Below the pieces are notes generated by a model, which saw only the letters and a program-made list of their open reading frames with translations, ran no database searches and was not told where the DNA came from. Below, in pieces: positions 38,316 to 50,360 of a DNA stretch of 64,000 bases. The translations under genes and the position numbers were made by a program. Numbering within the stretch: position 1 is the first letter of the stretch; every line of letters begins with the position of its first letter. The DNA is taken from positions 620,001 to 684,000 of the forward strand of contig CDPCPM010000241.1 in NCBI GenBank assembly GCA_976551045.1, written 5' to 3'. The stretch is from Glaucostegus cemiculus (lineage: Eukaryota).

Positions 38316-38551
38316 TCTCTGTATCAGTTGTCCATCTGTGATATTGGCTCAGCTTACTTGTTTTTTCAGCAACCATTTGCAACTTAGCTGTTGGCTTATT
38401 CCTTTTGGCTAGTGGTGTGTTTGTACAAGCAGTTGTTAATCTTCAAAGTTGACTTAATTTGCAAAGCAAAACTGCAGGATATTTCAAGTGCTGAAGAAGT
38501 TTTAGCTGATTTTTAACAAGCCAGCTTTGTAAATATTAGCTTGCATTCCCC

Positions 38552-39240
38552 TTGAAATACACCATGAGTGGAAGAAACCTGAGCATGGCAAGTCTCTGGA
38601 AGAGAAAGGCAAAAAGGCCCCATTCCACCATTGGGGTCATGGAATCTCAAAAAGGAGCAATACTCAGACCTCTGGGCTTCGGTAAGTTTATCCTCGCTGA
38701 AATCTGCCACCTAATGCAGCCACATATGCAACAAGTTAAGTGTCCTGGACACATCCAGGTCAGAGATATTTGCAATATTTCACAACCTTCTGTCAACTGT
38801 TGCACAAGGGAAGTCACTGAAGCTCTTCATTCAAAGAGAGATTCACATTTCACTCTCTCTTGCCAGACGCAAATAGATGAAGGGTTTGATATGTTCATAA
38901 AGGTGTGCGCAGTTGCTAAGGGATATTCAATGACCTCAAGCAATTCTGTGAAGTTATTGGTTTTCTTGTAGGGCTGCAAACAAGTTCTAGTGTCTGACTC
39001 CTGATCTGGTGCTATATTGTCCCAATGCCTTACAAACCACTGCCTGGACGACCTCCTGGCCCCAAGCAACCAGACTTTCTCTACTTCCTATCTCTTCCAG
39101 CAAGGCTCCAGAGCATTGTCTGAAACCTTCGGAGCCCATCTCTCATGCCTTGTGTCATCCTTTACTTATGCCCAGGTCAGATTAATTTTCTGCTTGGCTG
39201 CCATTTCCTGCTGCAGTGAAACTTCACCTCCCCTTTAAGT
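38552..39240. mobile_element. Decayed PIF/Harbinger transposon (transposase on +, Myb/SANT gene on -)
   Basis: Plus strand: EICHLMQPHMQ...DICNISQPSVNCCTREVTEALHSK. Minus strand: APKVSDNALE/ALLEEI...RHWDNIA...RTCLQPYKKTNNF. Confidence 0.75.
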
Positions 39241-39369
39241 AGTGCAACCTAACCTAAGCTAATTATAATATCTTCATGATATCAAGCCCAGCACTAACAT
39301 GAGAAGTTATGTCCATGCAAACCAGGAACATGTGAGGCAGTAGCTCTACTAGTTTATTGATTGGCACTC

Positions 39370-39720
39370 CTTCATTCATTCCTTCCTCCACTGACTCAGG
39401 GTGGCTAGAATCTGAAAGCATCTGTCAAAGTCATAGCCACCACCACATGAGGGACAAGGGCATGTTGTATATGAGAGCACTAACCCCTGCAGGTTCCCCT
39501 CCAAGCTGCACACTGTCCTGACTCAGAAATATATCACTGCTCCTTCATTGTTGCTGAGTCTCAACCCTAGAACTCTTCATTCAGCAATATTGTGGGAGTA
39601 CCTTCTGCAGAAGGGCTGCTGTAGTTCAGGAGGGTGGTTCACCACCAGTTTCTCAAGGGCACATAGGAATGGGCAATAAATGCTGGCCTTGAGGGTGAAG
39701 CCAACACCTGGGAAAGAAAG
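39370..39720 (+). mobile_element. Old LINE 3' end (gggcaataaatgctggcc tail)
   Basis: ctgcaggttcccctccaagctgcacact...ttctcaagggcacataggaatgggcaataaatgctggcc. Confidence 0.8.
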
Positions 39721-39734
39721 AAACCAGAAAAATA

Positions 39735-40088
39735 AGAGGCAACTTGATGGAGGTGCATAAGATTATGAGAGACATGGATAGAGTGGACAGCCAGCACCTT
39801 TTCCCCAGGGCAGCAATAGCCAATACCAGAGGACATCTGTTTAAGGTCAGAGGAGGAAAGTTTCAGGGAGATGTCAGAGGTAGGTTTTTTACACAGAGAG
39901 TGGTGTGTGCCTGGAACACATGGTAGTAGATGCTGATACAATAAGGACATTCAAAAGACTCTTAGATAGGCACATGGATGTAAGAAAAATGGAGGGTTAT
40001 GGGATGGTAGGAGGGAAGGGTTAGATTGATCAAGGAGTAGGTGTTTATATAGGTTGGCACAACATCGTGGACCGAAGGTCCTGTACTG
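39735..40088 (+). mobile_element. CR1 3' end
   Basis: EVHKIMRDMDRVDSQHLFP...FFTQRVVCAWN; ends ctgtgctgtcctgttctatgtt. Confidence 0.92.
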
Positions 40089-40764
40089 TGCTGTCCTGTT
40101 CTATGTTGTGACAGAATGATTCTTTGTTCCTAATTTGAATAAGCAACTGACCACGTGAAAAGCTTGCCCAGAGGGCCTTACCACTCTACCATGCTTGGTC
40201 AGACAGGGGCCAATCCAGCAAGGGAGTAATGCACTTCTGAAGAGGGTTGTGGCAGGGACAGAAGGGTGAACTGGATATTCACATAATATTGCAGAGGAAA
40301 ACAGCCTTTGATACTGAAGAGCTAAAGGTCCAATTGCAGGTGGTGTTCAAATCAACCTATTTGGGGCTGAAGGAATCTATCCAGTAAAGGCACACGTGGA
40401 AACTTATGGAAGTATTGGAATTTAAAAGTATGCTTGTACCTAGATTGAAATGATGAACTGTGCTTTGTTTGCCATGCTCAACTGGCTCTTCACCTCTAGT
40501 AATGTAAAATGTGCAAAATGTTCTGCGGGAAAGAGAACTCCAGGTATGTCTGGTTTATTAGATGTTCTTCTTAAACTGTGCATGTGCACCCTATTGTACG
40601 TCGAACCATGCAGTCATATTGCATGTATTATATCACAATGGGAGTTAAGAAGAGGTGCTAACCTTATTATTTTTAGCAGTGGCTTTTTATGTTTATTGCA
40701 ATTACATTGTATTTTTGTGTTTACTTTGTAATACAGTGTTATTTCAGACACTCTTTCCAGAGGG

Positions 40765-41000
40765 TATCTGATGATCCTGCACCTCACTTTGTTGTGACCT
40801 TGCACTTTATTGCACTGCATTTTCTCAGTAGCTGTGACACTTTATACTGTTATTGTTTTTTTACCTGTACTACATCAATGCACTCTGTACTAACTCAATG
40901 TAACTGCACCGTGTAATGAATTGACCTGTATGATCGCTTTGTAAGACAAGCTTTTCACTGTACCTCAGTACAAATGACAATAATAAACCAATACCAATAC
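40765..41000 (+). mobile_element. Rex1/Babar 3' UTR
   Basis: Near-identical to the reverse complement of 44570-44800; tail aaaccaataccaatac. Confidence 0.85.
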
Positions 41001-41151
41001 TGTTGCATCTCCCAAAGTATAAGGCAGTTTTGGCATGTCCAACTTTAAACCTATTCTGTGTTCTTATGCTTGTTGTATGAAGCTGAGTAAATAGACTTAA
41101 AATGTGGGTTTCTCGTGGCTTAATTCAATTCCTTTTCTTCTCCACTGCATC

Positions 41152-41407
41152 TTAAATTTTAAATTAAATTTTACTTACAGCTTGGTAACAGGCCCTTTCG
41201 GCCCAATGAGTCCGTGCCGCCCATTTTAAGCCCCCAAATTAACCTACCCGTACGTCTTTAGAATGTGGGAGGAAACTGGAGCACCCGGAGGAAACCCACG
41301 CAGACACGGGAGAACGTACAAACTCCTTACAGTCAGCGACGGGAATCGAACCCCGATCGCTGGCGCTGTAACAGCGTTGTGCTAACCGCTACGCTATCGT
41401 GCCGCCC
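41152..41407 (-). mobile_element. Young V-SINE with CR1-type tail
   Basis: CpG-rich; gggcggcacgatagcgtagcggttag, ggttcgattccc, V-core, gggccgaaagggcctgttacc and an AT-rich tail. Confidence 0.95.
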
Positions 41408-41474
41408 TTTTACTTTTGGATTCAATTTCAATTTCAGGCTCTTTGCATTACTGGAAGTTCTTAAGGACCCAGGG

Positions 41475-41760
41475 ACATAAGAAATAGATGCAGGAGTTGG
41501 CCAAACTACCATCCAGTCAATTCCACCATTCCATAAGATTAAGGTTGATCAGATCTTTGGCCTCCACTTTCCTGCTGCATTCCCATAACCTTCGATTCTT
41601 CTGTAATCCTAAAAGCTTTTTCAGCAATAGGTTGAAATGACTCAAAGACTTTAGCATTCACAGCATGCTGGACTGAGAATTACAAAGATTCACAATCCAC
41701 TGAGAAAAAAACTTCTCCTCATCCAGTGTTAAACGACTGGTGCCTTGTTTCAATCCCTAA
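41475..41760 (-). mobile_element. Old CR1 3' end
   Basis: acataagaaatagatgcaggagttggcc...caaagattcacaatccactgag. Confidence 0.7.
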
Positions 41761-42294
41761 TTTATTGTTGTCTGAAGACCCAGTACTTGAGGATCACAGC
41801 ACAATCACTGATCAACACCCTGTTATAGGGGAAGTCCACAGCAGGATTTGGCCATAATTATCACTCTGGCTCCTACACCATCTTTTGCTTCTGATTTTCC
41901 TTTTTTGTGGCCAAACAGTTTTGCCACATGGACACAGATGGAGCAGATTTATTGCTGGACACAACTTAGAAACATTGTCAAACATAAAAGATGCTTTTAT
42001 CATCAGCAGCAGATCTTGTGAGATAGTTTATTTTTAAATCTGTTCTTGTATGTATCTATGGGTGATGATGGAAGGATTCACTTGAGTTGCCCCAAGGATC
42101 TAGCAGTGGGACTTCTTCCAATGCTCCTTGTTCAGCCGACTAACCCATGCCAGAGAGTATTAACAGTTAGCTGTATAATTTGACTGAAGTCATGTGTGGG
42201 CAGGATCACTTTCCTGAAAACTTCCCTAGAATGTGGTTTATGCAAAACTCTGATAGCATTCACAATAGCAATTTTTCCATTGTTGCCTCACAAC

Positions 42295-42589
42295 AATGTC
42301 CTTTATTGTCTTTGATAAAGGTGTCCTTTATTGTCTTTGATGTCTTTTGCACATGTATACGTGTAAGTGAAAATCGATAAATCGATCCTGAATTTAAGTT
42401 CAATCCCCTTAGCTTTTAAGGTGTAATGATCTATACTATGTATTCTGCCAAGTGTGTATGTGTCTCTGTTGGTTGTTATGTCATTTTTTTGTATGGGACG
42501 AGCACCTGAGGAGGACGGTATATCGCTCCTCTGCATACTTTGTATGTATGTGGCTGTGACAATAAAACTGATTCTGATTCTGATTCTGA
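42295..42589 (+). mobile_element. Rex1-like 3' end with (GATTCT)n tail
   Basis: gtgacaataaaactgattctgattctgattctga; 20-bp direct duplication tgtcctttattgtctttgat at its left edge. Confidence 0.7.
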
Positions 42590-42699
42590 CAAGCAGCTTA
42601 CCTTTTAAATGTGGACTTGCAATTTAGCATTTAGTTGCGTTACCAGCACCAAGTACTCCCATCAACATCCTGGCGCGTCACAAGTGGCCAGAAACTCAG

Positions 42700-43085
42700 C
42701 AGGGTCAGACACATATATAATGATTACAAGAGTGTGTCAGAGGCTGGCTGACTCGCCTTGTGATACCACAAAGCCTTACTACCATCAGGACTGTGAACGA
42801 ATACCTTCCGCTTGTCCGGATCATTGGATCAATGAGAACTCTCAAGAGGTGTGATATCATCCAGGCCAAAGCGCCCCATGGACACCCCATAACTACCCTA
42901 AACCTTCATTCTCTCCACCACTGGTACACAGCAGCTGCAGTGTGTATGCGTACCATCCATTAAATTCATTGCACTTACGCTGCTCAGCTACCCTGCAGCA
43001 CCATATGGACTCACGGCCTCTATCACAAATAAGGAAAAGGGCAGCAAGGGCATGGGGAATCCACAACCAGCAGGTTCCTGCAGTG
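42700..43085 (+). mobile_element. Old CR1-superfamily ORF2 C-terminal fragment
   Basis: PQSLTTI..VNEYLPL...TLKRCDIIQAKA...LNLHSLHHW..AAAVC. Confidence 0.7.
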
Positions 43086-43789
43086 AGTCTAGTCACAGAA
43101 CCAGAGGTCAGAGACCCTGGCAGCTGGCCTCCAGCTCATTTCTCATTTCCACGACAGGGACCAACTGACCCATGAGCAGGACATTGTTGGCCACTCTCTA
43201 TAGACTCAACACCTAGAGGCGATTACAGTTCAGCACAGTACATCTCAGTTGCTGTTTCAGCATGGTAACTATCCTACTTTATCGGCTTTGCTGGGCAGTT
43301 CCTTTAGGACTTACGGGCAAGTAGCTTTGAGCCTGTAGACTGATTGTCAGGGATCTGCATATCTCCTTTGCCACTGATTAAAATGCAATTTGGAGACAGC
43401 ACTGGGTGACTGCCAAAAGTGGACAATTTCTAATTTTTTTAATCTTCTTATATGACAAGGCATTTACTGGCCATCCACAGCTGCACTTGAAATAATAGCA
43501 GCGAGCTGGAGTCTCGAATTGTTGTAGTCCTTGCAGTGGAAGTACCCCCACAGGGCTGTCAGGTAGTGAGCTGCAGGATTTTCCTCTGGTGATAAAGAAG
43601 AAATGTTAATGCACTTCCAAACCGCAGTGCAGTATGACTTGAAAGAGAACTTGCTGTTTGTGCCCGTAGCCCTCAGAAGTTTTTCTAGATTTGTGAAGCT
43701 TTGGCAGTTCTTGCAGAATCCTTACCACACAGAGAAGTATAATCAACAATTAAAAAGCTGAATGAAAGAGATGTAGTTTATTGATAGGA

Positions 43790-45392
43790 ACATGAGAAAT
43801 AGGAGTAGTAGGTCATTTAGCCCCTTGAGTCTGGTCCACCATTCAACAATTCATGATTGATCTTCTACCTCAAGCACCACGCTTCTGCATTATTCCCATA
43901 CTCCTTGAATTCCCATGTAGCTAGAAATCTATCAATCCTTGTTTTGAATGCAGTCAATGACGAAGCTTCCATAGCCCTGCAAGGTACAGAATTCTAAAAA
44001 ATCACTATGAAGACATTTCTCATTTGTCTTAAGACAAATCCTCATTTCAATCCTTAATGGTCTCACCCTTATTTTGAGTTTCTGACACCGTCAGTTGAGA
44101 CTCTGTGGCCAGGGAGCCCATCCTCCCTGTGTATATATACCCTGTTGAATCCTTCAAGAAATGTATATATTTTGGGGACCTCTCATTCTTCTAAATGCTA
44201 AGGTGGGCCAAGTCTACTCAACCTCTCCTCATATGATAGACCTGCCATCCCAGGAACTAATATGGATCAGTGAAAATTCACTGGACTCCCTCAATAACAA
44301 GTGTATCTCCTTCTAGGTGAGGAGACCAAAATTATACACAGCACTCCAGACACAGTTCACCAAGATCCTATATAATTGTGGAAAGACATCTTTACTTGCA
44401 TTCAAATTCTCTTGCAATAAGGGCTAATGTATTAGTTACCTTCATAACTGCCTGCTGCACCTGCATGTTAGCTTTAAGTGTGTGTCAGAACACCCAGGTC
44501 CTCATTAATTTCAACATTTTGCAATCTCTTACTGTTAAAGAAATACTCAAACTTTCTCTTTTTTTCTAGCATTGGTATTGGTTTATTATTATCACTTGTA
44601 CAGAGGTACAGTGAAAAGCTTGTCTTACAGACCGATCATGCAGGTCAATTCATTAAACAGTGCATAACATTGAGTTAGTACAGAGTGCATTGATGTAGTA
44701 CAGGTAAAAACAGTAACAGTACAGAGTAACGTGTCACAGCTACAGAGAAAGTGCAGTGCAATAAAGTGCAAGGTCACAACAAAGTAGATCGTGAGGTCAT
44801 TATCCATCTCATTATATAAGGGAACCGTTCAATAGTCTTATCACAGTGGGGTAGAAGCTGTCCTTAAGTCTGTTGGTACGTGCCCTCAGGCTCTATCTTC
44901 TACCCAATGGAAGAGGAGAGAAGAGAGAATGTCCTGGGTGGGGAGGGTCTTTGATTATGCTGGCTGCTTCAGCAAGACAACGAGAGGTAAAGAGTCCAAG
45001 GAGGGGAGGCTGGTGCCCGTGATGCGCTGGGCTGTGTTCACAACTCTCTGCAGCTTCTTGCCATCCTGGGCAGAGCAGTTGCCATACCAAGCTGTGATAC
45101 AACCAGATAGGATGCTTTCTATGGTGCATTGTTAAAAGTTGGTGAGAGTAAAAGGGGACAAAACAAATTTCTTTAGCATCCTGAGGAAGTAGAGGAGCTG
45201 GTGAGCTCTCTTGGCTGTGGCATCTATGTGATTTGACCAGGACAGGCTGTTGGTGATGTTTAATCCCAGGAACCAGAAGCTCTCAAGCCTCTTGACCTCA
45301 GCACCATTGATGTAGACAGGTGTAGTAAAATGGATAACCTCATGTTTTTCCACATTGTGCTTCATCTGCCATATTGTTGTCCACTCTTAGCT
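43790..45392 (-). mobile_element. Old CR1 split by Rex1 (43790-44565 and 45323-45392)
   Basis: Tail gaacatgagaaataggagtag; resumes with QMKHNVEKHEVIHF. Confidence 0.75.
44570..45322 (-). mobile_element. Rex1/Babar LINE (RT C-terminus plus 3' UTR)
   Basis: VYINGAEV..FLGLNITNSLSWSNHIDATAKRAHQLLYFLR..KKF, followed by a CTIESILSGCITAWYGNC-type sequence. Tail attggtattggtttatt. Confidence 0.92.
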
Positions 45393-45399
45393 TTACTAT

Positions 45400-46082
45400 A
45401 TAGAACCATAGAACCATAGAACAATACAGCACAATACAGGCCCTTCGGCCCACCATGTTGTGCCGTCCACACCTCACTATCTAACCCTTTCCTCCCACAT
45501 ATCCCTCTATCCCACATTCTTCCATATGCCTATCCAACAATCTCTTGAATCTGTCCAACGTATCTGCCTCCACCACCACCCCAGGTAGTGCATTCCATGC
45601 ACCAACAACTCTCTGAGTGGAAAACCTCCCTCTGACATCTCCCCTGAACTTCCCACCTATAACCTTAAAGCCATGCCCTCTTGTCTTGAGCATGGTTGCC
45701 CTGGGAAAGAGGTACTGGCTGTCAACTCTATCTATTCCTCTCAATATTTTATACACCTCTATCAAGTCTCCTCTCATCCTCCTCCTCTCCAATGAGTAAA
45801 GCCCGAGCACCTTAAGCTTCTCCTCATATTCCATACTCTCTAATCCAGGCATCATCCTGGTAAATCTCCTCTGTACCCTCTCCAACACCTCCACATCTTT
45901 CCTATAATGCGGCAACCAGAACTGAACACAGTACTCTTAAATGTGGTCTAACCAGAGTTTTGTAAAGCTGCATCATTACTTCGCGGCTCTTAAACTCTAC
46001 CCCACGACTTATGAAAGCTAACATCCCATAGGCCTTCTTAACTGCCCTACAGGCCTTCTTAACTGCCCTATCCACCTGCGAC
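45400..46082 (-). mobile_element. Young CR1 3' portion
   Basis: 144-aa [20 protein letters not shown]...; tail (tagaacca)n. 21-bp duplication aggccttcttaactgcccta near the 5' truncation. Confidence 0.96.
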
Positions 46083-47821
46083 TACCCTATCTTTAAGCCC
46101 TTCAGTACCCTCGTCAGTTGGCAGCATTCACTTTGGGTCAAACAATATCTTCAGTTTCATCCAGTCCTACTTCTGATGACTTCACAGATTCCTTGAGGAT
46201 CGTTTATGACCTGGCTTGAATCCTCAGGAGCCCTTTTGAAAGTGTATACATTTTAACACTGATTTTGAGTTTCAGTTGAAAAAGTGCAGCCCCCGATTAT
46301 CTGCCCATTAATATGATGTACGGAAAATTAAGCTCTGCTTTCCTGAATATCCCCAACTGTGCTCCCTGCAAGCATCCTTCCTCACTGTGGGATATCTGAT
46401 TCAGGAATTGATGTTACAGTTGTTAATTATATATTTAGTTATCATGCCAGTAATATATATAATTACATACTTAAAACTTCAAAGTCATACAACATAATTT
46501 TGCAAGATTTTGCAAAAATGTGTTGTATGACTTTGATGTTTTAACTGTGTCATTCCCAGATGTCTCAAACACTGCTGAACAGTTCAGTTTACACCCCTCA
46601 TATCATTACAAACAGCTGACTTGAATAATTTATCAGGTTAAAGATTGAATTCTGTCTTTTTAAGATTATGTGGGCATACTTTTTCATAATCCCAATGGCA
46701 ACATTCATCCATTTCCTGCATTTTTAAAGGTAAGTGTCTTTATGTAGACCAGCCTTAGTTACTCCCAGCAGAGAGAAAAAAAATCCAATTCTAACCCCAT
46801 TCCACTGAAGAGTGAAGTCACAATTAATCCATGAACAAGCTCAGTCCTGACAGGAGGTGTCAAGCCACTGCAGCTTCAAAGCTTCATGCATTTTTCAAGT
46901 GCTAATAGGGCCATTCAGCTGTAACTGCTTAATTCATGGTTATTAAAGAAAGTAAAAATAATGATTTACTGGCCTTAATGAGGTCTGTGGTTTGAACAAA
47001 CAGTAATCGTAAATTGAGATCTATGGTCTGTTATCCTCCTGTCTTGAAATAGCTTGATGATTGACTAAACTTGCAACAAGATCAGTCTTGTTTGTTAAAG
47101 TTTGCTTAGGTTTGTACTAATTTGTGAGTGGGTTGAATCAGTCCTGGTTTAGCATAAAGCCACACAGGCATCGGCAAACCAACAAAGTTGTTTCTAAAGA
47201 TTTCATAGTAATCTCTACTTCAAATAAAAGCTCTTCAATGTGACCACTTCAATTACATTTGTGATGTGGTTACTTTAAGGTAATCTGCAATTTTACTTCC
47301 ATAAAAATTCATAACATGCAGGAGACTCTTGGTGCACCTAATTAGTAAACCTATTTTCCTGGTGTGCATGGAAATTATAGGCGAGATGTTCATAAAACTA
47401 TGCATGAGTTTATTAGATTAGTTGGCCAGAGCAGACAGAAGAACAGTTTCCACTAGAAGCTGAAGTTAAGAAATTTTGATACCAAGTACTGCCTGTACCT
47501 ACAATCAATTCCCTTTGATTATTTTGCTGGTCATATAACCACCAGCCTCGAACTCCTTCACCTCATAAAAATGATCATCCATTTTAACATCAAACCACTT
47601 GAATGTGCAAGGAAAATGGAAAAATATTTTCATGATCTGTTGGTATTTTTGCATAAGCAGTTTGCAGCTTATTCCAAGAGATTAAAGTATAAATCTTGGA
47701 AACACCAGGACAAGCCTGGAGATTTGGAAAGCTCATCCCTATGATTCAATATGTCCAAGAACAATTGTGGGAAAGTCTGCTTCCACATGTTTCCAATGAT
47801 ACCAGGAATGTATCACAGGAG

Positions 47822-48079
47822 TTTTAGATTTTTATTTTTATTTACAGTGTGGTAACAGGCCCTTTCAGCCCAACGAGTCCGCGCCACCCATTTTTTTTAA
47901 ACACCCAAATTAACCTACCCGTACGTCTTTCAGAATGTGGGAGGAAACCGGAGCACCTGGAGGAAACCCACGCAGACACGGCAGAACATACAGGCTCTTT
48001 ACAGTCAGCGACGGGAATCGAACCCCGATTGTTGGCGCTGTAACAGCGTCGCGCTAACTGCTACGCTATCGTGCTGCCC
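47822..48079 (-). mobile_element. V-SINE with CR1-type tail
   Basis: Same family as 41152-41407. Confidence 0.95.
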
Positions 48080-48091
48080 AATCTTAGTTAC

Positions 48092-48220
48092 CTGAATAAG
48101 ATCAAGCCCAAAGTCATCTTCAGTCAGATTCTCTGCCAACCGTTTCTGAATATTTATTGCTTCTTGTTCCTCCTCCTCAGCCTCTGCCAAAGCTTCTGCC
48201 TGTTTCTTTCCACGAGGAAG
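48092..48220 (-). pseudogene. UTP3: Isolated UTP3/SAS10-like coding exon
   Basis: LPRGKKQAEALAEAEEEEQEAINIQKRLAENLTEDDFGLDLIQ resembles the UTP3 segment EEEEEAQ.IQ.RLA..L.EDDFG and ends at a CAG|GTAACT donor. No other UTP3 exons recognised; 5' boundary uncertain. Confidence 0.7.
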
Positions 48221-50139
48221 CTCAGTGTTCAGAAGAATTTTGGTTAGTTCCACAGACCATATCTGAGTAATGAATGGTTTCTGTTTTTACAGACGTCCAT
48301 AAGTCAATTTTGTCCGTAAGCTGGAAAATACACAAAGGTCACTCATAAGAATAATATAAGAAAGAACGATTACTAAAAGCGTAGAGAGAGAGGAAACTAA
48401 TTCTGCCTTTTGTAGGAATGAACATATGTACGTACATTGAAATTTTGTATTTAATATTATGGGAGCTTGTTTGCATGTAGTGGTTTCCATAAGTTGGGCA
48501 ATCGTAAATCGGGGATGGCCTTTATTAATTATAACATTGATCCAATTAGGCAGGTTGTGGTTTTGCTGCTTAAAGAACTTCAGCATTATAAGGTTGACTG
48601 CAGTGCTGAGCTGACAGAATCAAATTATCATATGGTAACTGTGAGGTTTCTCTGTAGATGAAGAATTGATGGTACAAGGTAGTCTGATTATTTGGAAACA
48701 AAATTTCTCATAAGAGGATGAATATTAATATTAATCTGTCCCAATTATAACCCAGCCCAGGCCCCTGGAAAACCGATGCCTGGAGCCTCCACCTGTTGAC
48801 ACTGAGGCACACTTGAAGAGTTGTAGGCTGGTTCCAAACATATCATTTAATAAATACAACCACTTAGTCATGGCCTTGGCTATCCTCTGTCTGATTTAGA
48901 AATATCTCACATTGTAAAGTTACCCTTACAGGAGCAACTTTGCCTTCATCTCCTATTTTGAGCTATTTTTCTTCCCTTGAAAAAACACGATGTTGGCTCC
49001 TGGCGTGAAACCTAACTATTCCACTGCCAATGTTCTGTTAGGCTTTTATTCATTCATATGGATTGGGGTGTCTCTAAATCTCAATACTATGAGCCTTTTG
49101 ACTTTCACTTCCTGAACAATGAAATTGAGTTCTTTGATGGTGAGATACTATTCCATTTGATTTTACTATGGTGGGGATAAATTTTTGTTTCTTACAACGT
49201 CAAGAGACTAAATGCCTCTTAAGTAAACAAACTATATAATGTTAAATTGCTTGAGGATGCTGAGGAGAAATTTGAGCATTTCCATTTCTTTATTAAAAGA
49301 CATATGGATCTAAGTTTCCAAGATCTGTGCCACCAAGAGAATTAAATATTAACAGTGGTTTATCTAAAAATTGTAGCGGGCACAGTCAGCATTTTTTGGT
49401 TCATTGACATCAATGGATGAAACATTGCTGGCATTCTCTATCCTGTGGGAATATAAGTCCTCCAAGTCTTTTGGAATAGTTCTGTTTAGTTTACAAGGTT
49501 CTATATGTCCATCTTATGAGATCTAATTGAGATATTAAGGATAAAAAATCCAGCTGTTTCAAGTCAGACTATAAGTGTAGTATCTTCTCTAATAACCTTG
49601 TTTCCCTCTGCACATTGGCTTGTTTCCCATTTTATGATCTACTGTCTCATTAGACTGCTTTGTTTCTCTGATTGCTTGTTTGCATTATCTTAAAGGCAGT
49701 GTTGAAATGTCAGATGCTATGGATCAACTTAAGGTAGTGAACATGCTCCACATTTCAACTTCCAGCTAACACTGTGTACAGTCCTGTGTTCCACTTGGTT
49801 ACTGGCCAATGCTTCACATCTGATTCTCGACACGTTTGAATATGCTTCAGTAAAAAAAATATTCCTGTGATTCTGTCAGTCCTCTCTTGTTATGGCTCCA
49901 AGCCTGAGGTGAAACCACCACCATTTCTAAACAAAGTTTTTCATATTTTCTTCATAATGTTGATGGTACGATTGCACAGTGATAATGTGCCTGCATAAAT
50001 ACTACAGGAGGACATTGATAGTTTGGCTCACCCTCAATTCTTCAGCATACCCTTATGACTTACAAGATTTTAATAATCACTGCGATATTATAATGTGTAT
50101 AAAATATATGATTGAATGTATTGTTTAAAAATATGTTTC

Positions 50140-50360
50140 AGCTGCTTTCCCAATGACTCAGCAGAATAATCTGCTTTCTGTCTTGATACCAAGCTGTACA
50201 GATCAGAAGGCTCCCATGTTCAGTCCTTACTCAATGCTGGATGACCTGGTCTGAACCAGTCTGGTGGTGGATGCTCTATAAGTAGACTGAATACCTTCAT
50301 GTAATAAGTGGGGAAAATCAGATCACGTTTGTGCTGCTAACTTCTATCCAAAGGCTCTGA
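50140..50360 (+). mobile_element. AmnSINE2-like ancient SINE remnant
   Basis: agctgtacagatcagaaggctcccatgttcagtcc...ggggaaaatcag...ctatcca parallels the recalled AmnSINE2 5' half. Confidence 0.5.

Noticed and set aside
41340-41407. tRNA-like A/B boxes
   Set aside because: These are SINE heads fused to a V-core, not tRNA genes; the same applies to the other copies.
46130-46200. Possible next UTP3 exon (ESVKSSEVGLDETEDIV)
   Set aside because: Weak acceptor, early stop, and no convincing UTP3 motif.
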